NCBI GenBank assembly: GCA_020184695.1
Contig: JAANOX010000018.1
Location: 186,001 to 250,000, forward strand
Direction of reading: 5' to 3'
Source of the DNA: Histomonas meleagridis 2922-C6/04-290x
Taxonomy: Eukaryota > Protista > Parabasalia
DNA: 64,000 bases
In this document: positions 31,852 through 44,700 of the stretch, in pieces
Position numbering within the stretch: position 1 is the first letter of the stretch
Layout: every line of letters begins with the position of its first letter
The notes under the pieces: generated by a model
What the model was told of the DNA's origin: nothing
The model's input: the letters and a program-made list of their open reading frames with translations, nothing else
Database searches by the model: none
Made by a program: the position numbers and the translations under genes

Positions 31852-32284
31852 TGTATGTTATATATAAATATTGAATTAATTGTTAAATATTATGAATGAA
31901 CTTTAGTGACGTGTTAATCATCAAAAGAAGTGAATTTGTTTTAAAGAGTTTAAACACCGTAAAGTTCGAGTAAATATTTCACTAAATATGATGTGTTTCA
32001 TATTTTATTATTACTTTAATCTTTACACAAGTTTCTGTAAAATAGTAAATGTTGTAATTTTTATAGATACTTTTATGATGATTTGTTACAATGATGCAAA
32101 TAAAATTGAAGATTTTCCATGTCTAAATTTTTCATGTGATTAATGAACCTTAAGCACTTTCTGTATGTTATATATAAATATTGAATTAATTGTTAAATAT
32201 TAAGAATGAACTTTAGACACGTGTTAATCATCAAAAGAAAGTGAATTTGTTTCAAAGAGTTTAAACATCGCAAAGTTCGAGTAA
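31852..32284 (+). repeat. Imperfect direct duplication of about 122 bp (31852-31973 and 32162-32284)
   Basis: Both copies begin tgtatgttatatataaatattgaattaattgttaaatatt and end aaagttcgagtaa. Confidence 0.9.
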
Positions 32285-32499
32285 TAATTAATTCATCGCA
32301 ATAAAGCTAATTTAGAAAATTCTATCTAAATATTTTTTTTCGAAATATTGAGCATCATAGATTTTTGTATATCGAATCGTAATGATGAATTCACAGGAGG
32401 AAAACTTATATAAATTGTTCAAGTGAAACAAAAAGATTAAATTTTTATTAGATGTTAACACTTTTTTGTTTCTTTGCTTCTTTTCCTTTCTTCAAAAAC

Positions 32500-32969
32500 A
32501 AAATCAATGTCAGTAAAGTAACTAACGAAATGAACACATTTGCCACCTTAAATATTACTATCAAGTCAGCATCTTTTAATAACATTAAAATTATCGACAC
32601 ACATGCAGAAGTTGGCACTCTCAATAATCCTATGAAAATATTGCTCCAAATCTTTCAGCAAAACTCTCAGTGATCGAAGAGTACTCAAGAGAAAAAGGTT
32701 ATGAAAACTTGCTATAAATAGACCCACCGTAGAGAGACAAACAGTTTTTGAAAATACAATTATGGGTTATTATGCTTGCTGTTATTTGACCAACAATTTC
32801 AACTATTTAATGCTTCTTCAATTTTTTGTAAATCAAAAATGTTATCTGAGAACATTTATTTTTTTCATGTAATACTTTTGAGGATTCCTGCTAATGGCTA
32901 ATGTGCCACTGCCTCTTCAAACACTTTTGCACCAATGAAACCAGTAGCTCCAATATCAGCAAATTTCAT
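32500..32969 (-). pseudogene. Degraded NAD(P)-binding Rossmann-fold (SDR/NmrA-like) gene
   Basis: ATG 32969 gives MKFADIGATGFIGAKVFEEAVAH* (GxxGxxG); a later segment reads DNIFDLQKIEEALN; multiple stops; the 3' limit is approximate. Confidence 0.45.
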
Positions 32970-33259
32970 CCTAAAAAATGAAGTGGTCAATTTATTATTA
33001 CTCAATTTTTGAGTTCTCATTTCATTAAAAACAAGAATTGCTTAAGTACATTAGTAATTAAAGTTGTTTTTAAAAATGTAAAGTGGTTATTATATCATAT
33101 TATATAAAGCAAATTATTATTTAAGAAAATATTTTCAGTTTAATTTGCATTTTAATTTTGACTATTATTTAAAATTTAATTCATTTCTGCATTTTTCACT
33201 TATGTTATAAATTATTATATTTCACAGTATCAAATAATATTTTCATTACCGAAATTTTA

Positions 33260-34894
33260 CTATGATGAAAAATCATTTCTCATTTTTCTTATGAAAATAA
33301 TAATAATTATGCATATCACAATAACAACAATTACCACAGATACTGTAATACCAACTATTTTCGCAGCATCGACATTTTGAGGCACTTCATTGTCAGCCTC
33401 TGTTGCGTCTTGATTTAATGTGAAATACTTCAACAGCACTTCTTTACGTGGTGTTGTTTCAACTCTTTCTCCACCTAATGATGTATGTTCCACGCTCCAT
33501 CCATCCCATTCTCTAAATGCGTGATAAGTCCAATCCCATTGATGTTCTTCAGCAATTTTAATCACGTCCTCGATATAAAGTTCAGCACCTTCAGCCCATA
33601 GTATTGCCGAGAATTCGCCTACATAAATCTTTGCGTTATGCATATTTTGGAAATCAATTATTTGTTGATATTGGGATTCTAATGTTGTTTTGTTATAATA
33701 CTTATGATTATATGTTCCTGGATAAGCGCCAGTGTTATTTTGTGCTGATCCAACACCTTGATGAGTATAACTAGATGGATCATATATATGAACTGTATAT
33801 ATAATATCTTTCATTGGAAATGCATAATAATTATAATTAACAGTGGAATCAGGCCAATAATGGAACTCAACAATTATCGGCGTGTATGGATCAATTTCGC
33901 GAATGATATTAGCTACATTATATTGACTTTGAACATAATGAATATTATCGTCATTACTCCAAAGTGGTTCATTAACTAAATCATAAGCCCAGACCATTGG
34001 AGAATCTTTAAATCGAGTCGCTATCTTCCGCCAGACTTCAATAAATGCATCATGTAATGTTTCGTTTCGATACATCCGATTAATTGTATCTTTGCCGCCG
34101 GGTGTATGATGTAAATCAATGACTATCCATAGCTTAAGTTTTTGTGCTGTCTGTAAAACTAATTCAAGTTCATCAAGTTTACGGTCAATCCATTCATTAT
34201 ATTGAGTGAGATTATTATCATCGCCATTATATGAATTGATTTGCCATCGGAAGATGTTTCCGCCCCAACTTTTGAAATCGACAAAATCTTCTTCATGATA
34301 AACAACAGGGGACATAGCACCGCGTGCTCTTCCTCGAGATGTAACACGACGTGTATATTCACATTGGTAATCAAGTGGAACAGTGAAATCTGGCTCATGA
34401 CTCTTTTTGATTTCAAATGTCATATTACTAAAGTAAACAGTTCCCGTGGAATCTTGAAGACCAAGAAACAGACGGCCATCAGAAAGAAAATCGGTGGCAA
34501 ATGTGATGATTTCAAAGCTTACTTTGGTCCATGAATTGGTTCCATATGTTATTGTGCTTTGAGCCGGATAAAGTGTTACATTGTTCTTGTTATATACATA
34601 CATGAGTTTAATTCCATTGAAACTTTGTTGTGGTTGAGAAACATCTTCAGACGCTATATAAGCAGTAATATAAAGTGTGTAATGTGCAAATTCCTCCACC
34701 GAAAAATTATAGTAGGCACCATGGGAAGTCGATTTTTTTGATTCATCAGTCCATTGAACTTTCAAACATTTGCGACCTGAATATTCTGTTAATTGTACAT
34801 AATCTGGGAAACTGATGAAATATTTATCAGACGTAAAGTCTTCTACACGAACAACATCGGATAGAGCTAGACATATCAGATGGAAGAAAAACAT
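33260..34894 (-). CDS. Glycoside hydrolase family 5 with N-terminal CBM-like domain, signal peptide and C-terminal TM helix
   Basis: Hydrophobic N-terminus; IVIDLHH, WAYDLVNEP (acid/base Glu), YTVHIY, IYVGEF (nucleophile Glu), WTYHAF; TM IVGITVSVVIVVIVICIIIIIFI. Confidence 0.9.
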   Translation of the reverse strand: MFFFHLICLALSDVVRVEDFTSDKYFISFPDYVQLTEYSGRKCLKVQWTDESKKSTSHGAYYNFSVEEFAHYTLYITAYIASEDVSQPQQSFNGIKLMYVYNKNNVTLYPAQSTITYGTNSWTKVSFEIITFATDFLSDGRLFLGLQDSTGTVYFSNMTFEIKKSHEPDFTVPLDYQCEYTRRVTSRGRARGAMSPVVYHEEDFVDFKSWGGNIFRWQINSYNGDDNNLTQYNEWIDRKLDELELVLQTAQKLKLWIVIDLHHTPGGKDTINRMYRNETLHDAFIEVWRKIATRFKDSPMVWAYDLVNEPLWSNDDNIHYVQSQYNVANIIREIDPYTPIIVEFHYWPDSTVNYNYYAFPMKDIIYTVHIYDPSSYTHQGVGSAQNNTGAYPGTYNHKYYNKTTLESQYQQIIDFQNMHNAKIYVGEFSAILWAEGAELYIEDVIKIAEEHQWDWTYHAFREWDGWSVEHTSLGGERVETTPRKEVLLKYFTLNQDATEADNEVPQNVDAAKIVGITVSVVIVVIVICIIIIIFIRKMRNDFSS

Positions 34895-35250
34895 GAATTT
34901 TTTTTGTTAGGTAAATCTGGAGTTAAACTGTTGAAAATTGAACGTTGTTGTCAAATTCTGAAATTCAAAATTCAATTAAACTTCGAATGAAGAATAACCC
35001 AAAAAACATCGATCGACTTTTCTGCACTGTCTGTAGTTGAAGTACTTTGCAATTCTTACATTTATTCATAATGGTATCATAATTTATGATTGAAAAAGTT
35101 TTTCACAATGTAGGAATTTTCCATCATTTTAATCAGACAAAGAAAATAAACGCTTGTGATTTCATTCCCTTTTAATAATAATTTTGAAAAAATTTTAATA
35201 CTTTCATTAATGTATTGTTTACACAAACTTTACAAATATAATCTAATTTT

Positions 35251-36053
35251 TTAATGAAGGCCGTTAATAAACTTAGTCACTCTCTCAAGAACAAATGCAC
35301 CTGCAACAAAGCATCCGAAATTGATCGCAAACTTCTTAATGCCTGCTTTAACCTCATCCTCGCCATTTTCCTCAACAAGTTTTTCGTACCAACTCTTTGC
35401 TTTTTTAACATGCATTTGGGAGCGATTTGCGTTGCGCGTTCCAAGATTGTTGAATGTTTCAATTGTTGGCTCATTAGTGTTCATGGTTCCTACAGGAAAT
35501 TCGGTTGGTGGCTGTGGAGTTGGGTCAACACCTTGTCTGAGCTCTAAAATTTGTTGTTGTTCATCATTTCCTTGGATTTCTTCGATATTTTCTTCATCAG
35601 ATTTTGTTTGAGTTTCTTCTTGGTTTTTATCTTCAATTTCTTCAACTTGCTCCTCTTCTTCGTGGTAATTATTTGCGTTTTCGGCTTTTGAATCTACTAT
35701 ATTTTCATTTTTATTATCTGTTGTATTTTTTTCCTCTATAATTTTCTCATTACAAAGAATTTCTCCTTCGGGATTTTCTTGAGTTTCATTTTTGTTTTCT
35801 TCTACATTTTCTTGAGTTTGCTTCTCTTCATGATTTGATTTTTCATTTGATTCTTCTTCAATATTTTGTTCACCAGAAGTTTCATTGTTTTGCATACCAT
35901 TTATATCTGTGGATTGCTTTTCCTGTGTGCCCAAATTTTGAGATTCAAAAGATTGATTAACATCTTTATCATTTACTTCATTGGTTTCTTCATCGGCAGG
36001 AAGCTGTTGTTCTTCTGATGGTAATTGTTCCTTGTTTGCTTCATCATTGCTCA
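35251..36053 (-). CDS. E/N/Q-rich low-complexity protein with hydrophobic C-terminal segment (probable start MSNDE at 36053)
   Basis: Long acidic ORF; tail FAINFGCFVAGAFVL. Confidence 0.65.
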
Positions 36054-36168
36054 TTTTGGCCGAAAAATTTATTCCAAAACCGTTAAATCCAAAAAATCGG
36101 TTTTTCATTAAAACATTCGCTTTGAGCTCAATAAAAAACATCGAGCCGAAATGACATTACAAACAATT

Positions 36169-36804
36169 TTATTTCTTGGTAGGATTATGATATATTATCT
36201 TATCATATCTTTTTAATTCTTCCATCAAATCCTTGTTTTCATCATATAAACGTACAATTTCTAGGTCTATTTTAGTTAAGCTTTTTCCATAATTTTGGTT
36301 TCCTTGTTTAGAATCATTTTTTGTCATTTCATTTTCTTTAATGTTCTGAATTTCTTTTGATAATTTCTCATTTGTTCTTTTTATTGACTTTAACTCAGTA
36401 TTTAATTCTTCAATTTGTCTTTGATATATAAGATTTTTCAATGTATTTTGTTTTTGCATATTACTCTTTCTTAGATTTATTTCGGCTTCTAATTGCGAGT
36501 TTTGTTTTGTTTTCTGTATTTCTTTTTTATATTGTTCCTTTAAATCGTTAATTTCTTTTTTCTGTTTTTCCTTTAAATTTTCGATTTCACTTATAGATTC
36601 CTTTTGATAATTCTCAATTTCATTTGATACATCAATTATTTCTTCATGTAACCTTTCTTTTTTCTTATTATTTGATAATTTTTTATCATGTAATATTCTT
36701 TCCATTTCTTCAACTTGCCTATTTAGTTCTTCAATCATCATATCTTTTTCTTCTATTATTTCTTTTGTCTCTCTCTTTAATTTTTCTACGTTATTTGTAT
36801 TCAT
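36169..36804 (-). CDS. Coiled-coil hypothetical protein
   Basis: 211-aa E/K-rich heptad pattern. Confidence 0.7.
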   Translation of the reverse strand: MNTNNVEKLKRETKEIIEEKDMMIEELNRQVEEMERILHDKKLSNNKKKERLHEEIIDVSNEIENYQKESISEIENLKEKQKKEINDLKEQYKKEIQKTKQNSQLEAEINLRKSNMQKQNTLKNLIYQRQIEELNTELKSIKRTNEKLSKEIQNIKENEMTKNDSKQGNQNYGKSLTKIDLEIVRLYDENKDLMEELKRYDKIIYHNPTKK

Positions 36805-36913
36805 TTTTCCAAATTTTCTTATTCCAGAAGACGATTAAAAAGTAAACGAATTTTTACATTTATTTGCTGATTAAATTTCTTCATATTAAAACTATTTCAT
36901 AGAACTTTAAAGT

Positions 36914-38611
36914 TTATTTATTGATATTTTTAATAGCGAATTCCAAAATTCCGACATACTCCTTCAACACTTTGGAGTTCGGGAATTGGATCAAAGCTGC
37001 CTGCAGCAGCTCCTCTTTCTTCGGGTGTTCCAACATCACAGCCAGCGCGACCACCTTTTCTATTATTTGTCTATATTTCGAGTATTTATCGACCAACTTC
37101 ATCACAGTTGGGAGGACCGAATGGTTTTCCTTCAGTTGATTTACGAGTCCATTTTTTGCGCACATATACAAATATTTAAGGAACATGTTAATGTCGTCCG
37201 GGTCATTGTTATGTGTTGTTATCATTAGTGTTGTGAACTGAATAATTTTCAGCTTTTGTATTGCTTCAGTTGTGTAAGGAATTGCCTCGATTAATATCCA
37301 ATATATATCTCTGATTACTTCGATTTTCTTGTTATTAGCTATAGCGATTGGCATTATGTTCTCGATGCAATCCAAGGCGAATTTCTTCTTTTCGGGAGTG
37401 TTCCCTTCTTCAGTAGTACATTGGAATATCTTCGTCATGATAATGAAACATATATTGAGTATCAAATGATTTGTCTTGTTCGTCTTTAACATTTCAAAGA
37501 CCCAATTCATTGCTTCGCCATTACGTATTTCCAAAACAATTTTCTCGCTAAATGTTAACTTTGTTAACAAGTTGAATGAGTTCGTTGTTTTGTATTTTAA
37601 TATCAAATTTAATATGTTTCGTTTCTCTAATATTTCGATTGTTCCATTTTTGTTTGTTACAACTCGAAATATAATTAAAAATAATTTGTCAAATTCTTCT
37701 TCGCTTAATTCTAAGTTAAAACAATCGATGAACGCTTCGAGAAGTTCAGACTTGGCAAAATGTGAATATAATTCTTTCGGACAGAAATATACAATACCAA
37801 CAATATCCTCAATGATGGTGACATTGTCTTTGTACTCTAAAAGAGCTTTGTCAATGCCTTGAACATTACGCCATGCATCTTTATAGCCATTACGAACAAA
37901 AAATGAAATGATAGCTAACATGATATCGACTACTGATTCAGAGGTAAGATGAAGCTGAAGGATTCCAAGTAATAATTCGGGAATTCCGGCTTGATCTAGA
38001 TATGTGAGTGTCTCGCGAGTGATTGTTCCGCCATTAAGAAGCTTAAGAATTTCATGGAATGTTGGCGTAAGCTCTTTTTGATCAAATAAATTGTTACATA
38101 AGTCACTAAATGGTTTAAGTTTTTCATCATTCTTATTAATTTTGGGGATACCATAGTTGTTTAAAAGACACTCATCAATAAATTGACTGCCTAGTCCTTT
38201 GGGATTGATTAAAATGGCTTTGTTATAATAACTGATGGCTTCCATGATATCACCTTGCTTTTCTTTGATTTGTCCCTGACGAATAAAGGCATTACTGAAA
38301 TGTGGATAAAGAATATCTTTACGTTTGTGTTGCGTTTTTTCAAATTCTCTAGGACGCATCATATCAAAAACTGTAATTGCTTCAATTGAAGCTTTAGATG
38401 CTTTATCAAGTTCACCAATTTCAATATAACATTGTGAAGCCAAGTTAAAGCAATTCATTTTTATTGCAGCTTTTTTATCATTATCAACAAATAAATTGTC
38501 AGTCACCATTTTGAAGTCTTTTACTGCTTCTTGATAATTATGTTTTTTCATACGTTCTACTCCCATTTTTTTACGATTCATTAATCCTTCGAAAGTAAAG
38601 CCATCATTCAT
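36914..38611 (-). CDS. TPR + ARM-like helical repeat protein
   Basis: N-terminal TPRs (NYQEAVKDF, LASQCYIEIGELDKA, GQIKEKQGDIMEAISYYNKAILINP), then helical repeats. Confidence 0.8.
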   Translation of the reverse strand: MNDGFTFEGLMNRKKMGVERMKKHNYQEAVKDFKMVTDNLFVDNDKKAAIKMNCFNLASQCYIEIGELDKASKASIEAITVFDMMRPREFEKTQHKRKDILYPHFSNAFIRQGQIKEKQGDIMEAISYYNKAILINPKGLGSQFIDECLLNNYGIPKINKNDEKLKPFSDLCNNLFDQKELTPTFHEILKLLNGGTITRETLTYLDQAGIPELLLGILQLHLTSESVVDIMLAIISFFVRNGYKDAWRNVQGIDKALLEYKDNVTIIEDIVGIVYFCPKELYSHFAKSELLEAFIDCFNLELSEEEFDKLFLIIFRVVTNKNGTIEILEKRNILNLILKYKTTNSFNLLTKLTFSEKIVLEIRNGEAMNWVFEMLKTNKTNHLILNICFIIMTKIFQCTTEEGNTPEKKKFALDCIENIMPIAIANNKKIEVIRDIYWILIEAIPYTTEAIQKLKIIQFTTLMITTHNNDPDDINMFLKYLYMCAKNGLVNQLKENHSVLPTVMKLVDKYSKYRQIIEKVVALAVMLEHPKKEELLQAALIQFPNSKVLKEYVGILEFAIKNINK

Positions 38612-38725
38612 TGGTTTTAAGTGGGTGTGGGAAAGTGACGGTTGTCGTTGAAAAAGTAAAATAAACGAACTCGATTCAAAACTTCATTTCACATTTCAAT
38701 TTTTATTAATTACATTTTTTTAAAT

Positions 38726-41700
38726 TTATTTATTTCTAGAAACGTCCAAAAATGAACAAGTATTTATAGAATTATCATCCATGATGAAATATAATTTTAG
38801 GTCATTCATAGAATATGCGAAATCTAGAACTTTATGTTCGACTCTTAACCAGAAAATAGTTTCGAGATCATAAGCTCTTAAGATATGAATCTTTCCATCA
38901 TCTTGAGCAATAACCAAAAACGCCGAAGCGTCGAAATTTTCAATAATTTTAGCAGCAGTAGAAATACCATTAATTTCGATTTCTTTTATAATTCGACAAC
39001 TCATATCAACTAACATTATCTTAGTTTTATTATTCATTTCATGATAAACATCAAATAATAAAATGTAAATTCCAAGATTTGATATTAAAATCGATTTCGG
39101 AACTTCATTAATTTTCGATTTATGTAAAAATTCGCCATTTTTTAATGATGATATTACAAAGTTACCATTAGTATCACAACTAACAACAACTTGTAACATC
39201 ATAGATACTGCTAACGCTGCAATAGGATAAATATGTGCAACAATTAATGAAATCGGAATTCCAGAATCTAAATTCCATACAATAATTGATGAATCATCTG
39301 AACCTGTGATACAAAAATCTTTATCTGCTACAATTATAGAGATAGCTGTTAAATGTTGTTTGGATGATTCATACTTTTTAGTCTTGGATATCCTCCAAAA
39401 TGTATGTGAATAAGGTTCAGAAAACAAAACATATGATTCTTTCTTATAATTTGTGCCTAAAATAATTCTTTCATTAGGAACTTGCATTGTTAATATTGTT
39501 TGAGGATCTTTTAATAATTCAATATTATCATTTTCAAACACATAACTAACAAATTTCCCATCATTTAATAATATATCAAAACCGTTTTCGTTTGTTTTGA
39601 TTTTGATCGGCATTTTTTCGAACTTTTTCAATGTTTTATGCTGTAAAGTTAATGCATTTGCATTATGTAATAATAATGAAAAAGGAGGTTTAAATTGTCT
39701 TTGAGGATGCGAAGTATTAAATAACTTATTCGGAGTTATACCGAAGTTAGCAGCATGTTGTTGAATTGTCGGAATTGAATCAGGTTCTTGTGTAATTGAT
39801 ATCGAATTTGAATACGGATGAAACAGATTATTATATTCTATTAAATCTTGTTTACACCCGAATATTAAATCGATCCATTCATTTAAATGTTCTGATACAT
39901 ATCTAGATTCTAATGCTATTCTATTCATTACTATATAACTTAAATGACTTTTAGCCCATTTTGGTAAAGCTACATCACCAACAGGTTGTGTAACACCATC
40001 AGAATTATAATAATTACCTAAGTCATAGTTATCTTCATTAATTAAGAATTCAGGTGTTGAATAAAACTCAGGAATTAATTCTCTAAAATCATTTAATGCA
40101 TTATATATTGAATTCCATGTAGAACGGATTCCTGTAAATAATCGATTCGGATTATCGAATTTACCTTTTTGTAATTGGATATGTAACGTAGTAAATGGTT
40201 CTTTCCGTATTAAAAATGATATTACATATGCAGGCGCTGAATAATGGAATCGATATAGACATGAAAAAGGTGAATCTCTTGAATCATCATATAATTCCCT
40301 TAAACTACGAAGTCGATCTTCATTTAATGCTCCAATCGGTTTAGATAAATCTCGATATATTGACTTATCATAAAAATCAAGAACTTTATTATCATAATCT
40401 TGAATAACCCATGGATAAATTGGGTATTGACTTAAGTCATGGAATGATCGACCACTTAACATGTTTAACCAATAAATATATTCATAATTACTAATGTTAC
40501 CATTCATCCATTTAAGTTGTAGTTTCAAATTAGTAAATAATTTATGTGCTGATCCTGTTTGAATGAATAAAAGATTTTTAGGTTTAAACTTTTGGATTTC
40601 GGTGAAAAACATTGTGCGATGTTTATTATTTTGTAATATGAAGAAAAATGATGTATCATAATCAGTAAAGACTTCAATCGCTGTATCGATATGTAAATAT
40701 TTACGTTTAAGTATGAATTTGATTTCATTTAATGGAATTTCTATTAATTTTGATGTCTTATCTAGTAAATCACCAAATGCATCTGTCGTTTGTTTAGCTT
40801 CAAAATATATTGCCGAATTTGATACATACATTGTGCCTTTGAAATACTTTGTAACTGTAACCATTTGTGAATCTAATTCTAATGTATAATTATCTGGTGA
40901 TTCAATCGCATCGTCTTTGGATTCAATTTCGATGTGTTGTAAAGATTTCAATTGGTTGTCACTTTCGCCCGAATCACGCAAAAGTGACGCGTCTTTATGA
41001 TCAGTAAAATGTCGATTAACTTTAAACTTATTACGGCGACCTATTAAATCTAATACAGTACTGAATTTATAATGTGGGTTTTCAGGTATTGTATTCCATG
41101 GACCACCATTTTGATTATGTAATGATTTAATAAGATTTCTCCAGAAATGGATATCACTACTTTTAATTCGGGAAATTTCAGTTGTAAAGTTTGTGACTTT
41201 ATTATATAATAATGGATAAATCGGATTAAGTTTTTGGAATGTATCAATGAAGAATCGTTGAAATGCATCTTTTAATGAATTATTTAATGTTAACAAAGAT
41301 TTAGTAAATTCTTTTTCATATAAAGGAATGATATTTGTGAATTCTTTTGTGACATTTTCTTTTAATTCTGTTGATAATTCATTGATTGGAACTTTTGATG
41401 TGTTTTTACTTTGATCAATAATTTTAATAATTTCTAATATTTCATTTAAACATTTTTCATCTTTAACAAAAGAATTATATAATATTATAAATCCGTCGAG
41501 ATAATTTGAACTTAAATTATTTTTCTTAATATTTTCGAATAGATTTTCTAATAAACTTTTTGCATCGATTGGAAGTTGAGTTGAAATTAATTGGATATAA
41601 TAACAAATTAAAGTGAAATTATTAATATTTGGTATTAATTGTGATTTCTTATTATAGAAATTAATACCTTTCGATATTAAATTCCGAGTAGAAAATATTA

Positions 41701-44700
41701 AACTACTTAAATCTTTATAATTTAATTCTAAGTTTAATTGGAAATCAAATTTAAAATCATTTTGCATTACAATTCTTTGTGCAAAACTATGAATAGAATC
41801 AGGTTCAGAAATATTTTGTTTTTCATTTCGTTTAAAGAAAATAAATTTATGTAACTCTAAAATTAAATCTTCGGAATCTTCTTTAAATATGCTTACAGAT
41901 AAAATTTCTTTTATAGTTTCTAATACATTAATTCCATTTAAATAACAAATTAAATAAAGTTCTTTTATACTATTAAATATATTTTCTTTTGATGTTAATA
42001 TGATTTCTTCAATAGTTTGAATCCATTCCGTTGTGTTTTTATCACAAATAGATATTAATATTAACCAAGTGATCCAAAACTTACATTTATAACAATTCTT
42101 TCTTGATTCTTCATTAGAATCGAAACTTTTCTTTAAATGATCACAATATTTATGACGTGTATCTTCATTAGAAATGAAAATACAATAAGAAAAAATGGGT
42201 AAAAATTGTGGATATTCAATAACTTTATATGTATCGAAATCAAATGATTGACAAATATGTGGAAACTCATCATAATCAAAAGTTTTATATATATAATTCA
42301 TTATATTAATTAAAGCTAAATCAGAATGTTCACTAATATTAAATAATCGAATAGTATTAATTATTTCGATACTTAAATTGTCATCTTGAAGTATAGAATG
42401 TACATAATAAATACAATTCAATGAAATTAATCGTGAATTTTCACATCGTGAATTAATTCCCTCAATAAAAATAGTATAAAATCCAATTTCTTCTAAAAAC
42501 TTAATTAAATGTGTTGAACGATTTGATATTAAATGGATAATTAATTCCATTGAATATACAAATAATTCATCAGTCGAATTTAATTGGATTGCAGAACTAA
42601 TTAATACTTTCGAATCTTCATCAGTGAATTTAGTTTCGGATAATAACATTAAAAAGTTCCAAAATTTCGCTAATATTTCTCCAGTAGCAGATTCAAATAC
42701 TGAACAAAACATTATTAACATATCATGAAAAGATAAAACTTGTGTAAATAAATCAGGATCATTTTGTAATAATCCAACAAATACATTCGAAAATAATAAA
42801 ATTTGATTTTCTTGATCAATTTGTTTCCATAATAAAAAGTTACCAAAAATATATTTTAACATTTCTCTTTTTAAGTTTTGATTTTTAACTATTCGATACA
42901 TTGAATATAAAGTCTCAAAACAACATACATTTAAATATGTACTATTATTAGTAAACAATAAATAACCTAAAGCTCTAAAGAAATGTTGATTTTCAAATTG
43001 ACTTTCATTATTTTCTAAAATTTTTTGTGTTAACTCAATTAAACATGAGAAATATTCAGAGGAATTTGATCGGTCCGATATATTATCGAATAAAGGTAAA
43101 AATATTTGTGGACCACCAGAAACATGAATTGCATCGAAAAACGATGTTGAAAAAGGAATTGTTATACCAGTAAACACAGTTTTAGTTAAAGAGTTATATT
43201 TAGTTGAAGAAGGAGATAAAGAAATCAAGAAATTATCTTCTTTAGAAGAAATATTAATATAAGAAATGAAAGAATTAATTCCTTTGATTTTAAATGTTAC
43301 TAATGAAGGATCGAAATAAAATTTATTATTAATAGTACCAGGGACGAAAGCAAATGTTTGAATATCATCATCAATACAAAAAGTAATTGTCGTCTTAAAC
43401 ATTTTTAATGTAAGTTTTAACCATTTTGAAGTTTGTAATTTAGTTGAAAGTTGAATTTGACTTTCAGTATCATTTGTAAACAAAGATAAAATAACTTTAT
43501 TTTGGAAAGAATATAATATAAGTCGTTGAGTTAATGAGAATATCTTAAAAATCGGTGACATTCCAACTTGTTGTTTCAAAAATAATATTTTCATTTCGAT
43601 GATGAAATTATTTGGAATTTCAAACTTATCAATTCTAAACAAAGATTTTGATGTAAAATGGAAAAATGAATTTGGATCCGAAGAATTTGTTTTAAATTTT
43701 ATCATTTTTAAAAGTGATTTAAGAAGTTTTATTGATATATTATTTTGACTTTGAGAAATTATTTTAAATGTATAAGTTAAATCTCTTAAACCAAAAAACG
43801 AAGCTCCGATTTGAGAAAATAAATCAAATACTAAATCATTTGGATTATCTTTTAAGAAATCAAGTAAACCAGGAATTAAATTAGCTCTAAAACATTGATA
43901 TCTATTTACAATTGAAGTTTGTGTCATTTTCTCAAGAAATTGGAAAATATTTTCTTGATAACATTTAAATTTAACAAGATAAAATAATAATTGAATGCCT
44001 TCAATAACATATAATGATGAATCATATATCGAAAGTTTCTTAAGTAATTCTATTGTTTGATTATCTATTTTAGTTTCATCAATTCCTTTTTTAAGATTAA
44101 TTAAGAAATTGTTTTGTTGATTTGATATTTCATTTCGAATAACTGGTGAAAGTGAACAATAAATAGCGAAGAAATGTATAATTTGATTTAGAAATGAATC
44201 ATTTCCACTTTTAGAGAACTCATAAGGGATTTTACTAAATAAATCGATAAAACCTAATTTAATAAATGCATTAGTAACATTAATTTTATTCGTAGCTAAT
44301 GATACTAATATCATTTCGATTAAACTTTGTATTAAATGTTGCCAATTTGGATCTTTACAATTTTCGAAACTTATTTTTATTAATATTTTAAATTGCTTTA
44401 ATAATAAAGTGATATCATTCATTTGGAAACCTTTTGTAATTATATCACTTGCGATTTCGAAAACATCTTTTTCAAATAATAACTCAGTTAAGAACTCGAC
44501 TTGTTTATTATTTTTAAACAAAAAATCAAAACTATTTACATCTTGTGTAATTGAGTTATAAAATATAACAATCATTTTTTTAGATTTTAACATTGCTATA
44601 GTTTCTTCATTTTCTAAATCTTTATTATTTAATAAATAACTTTTATAAGTTTTATAACAATCAATTAACATATCAAGTATATTAGTATGAAACAAATTAG

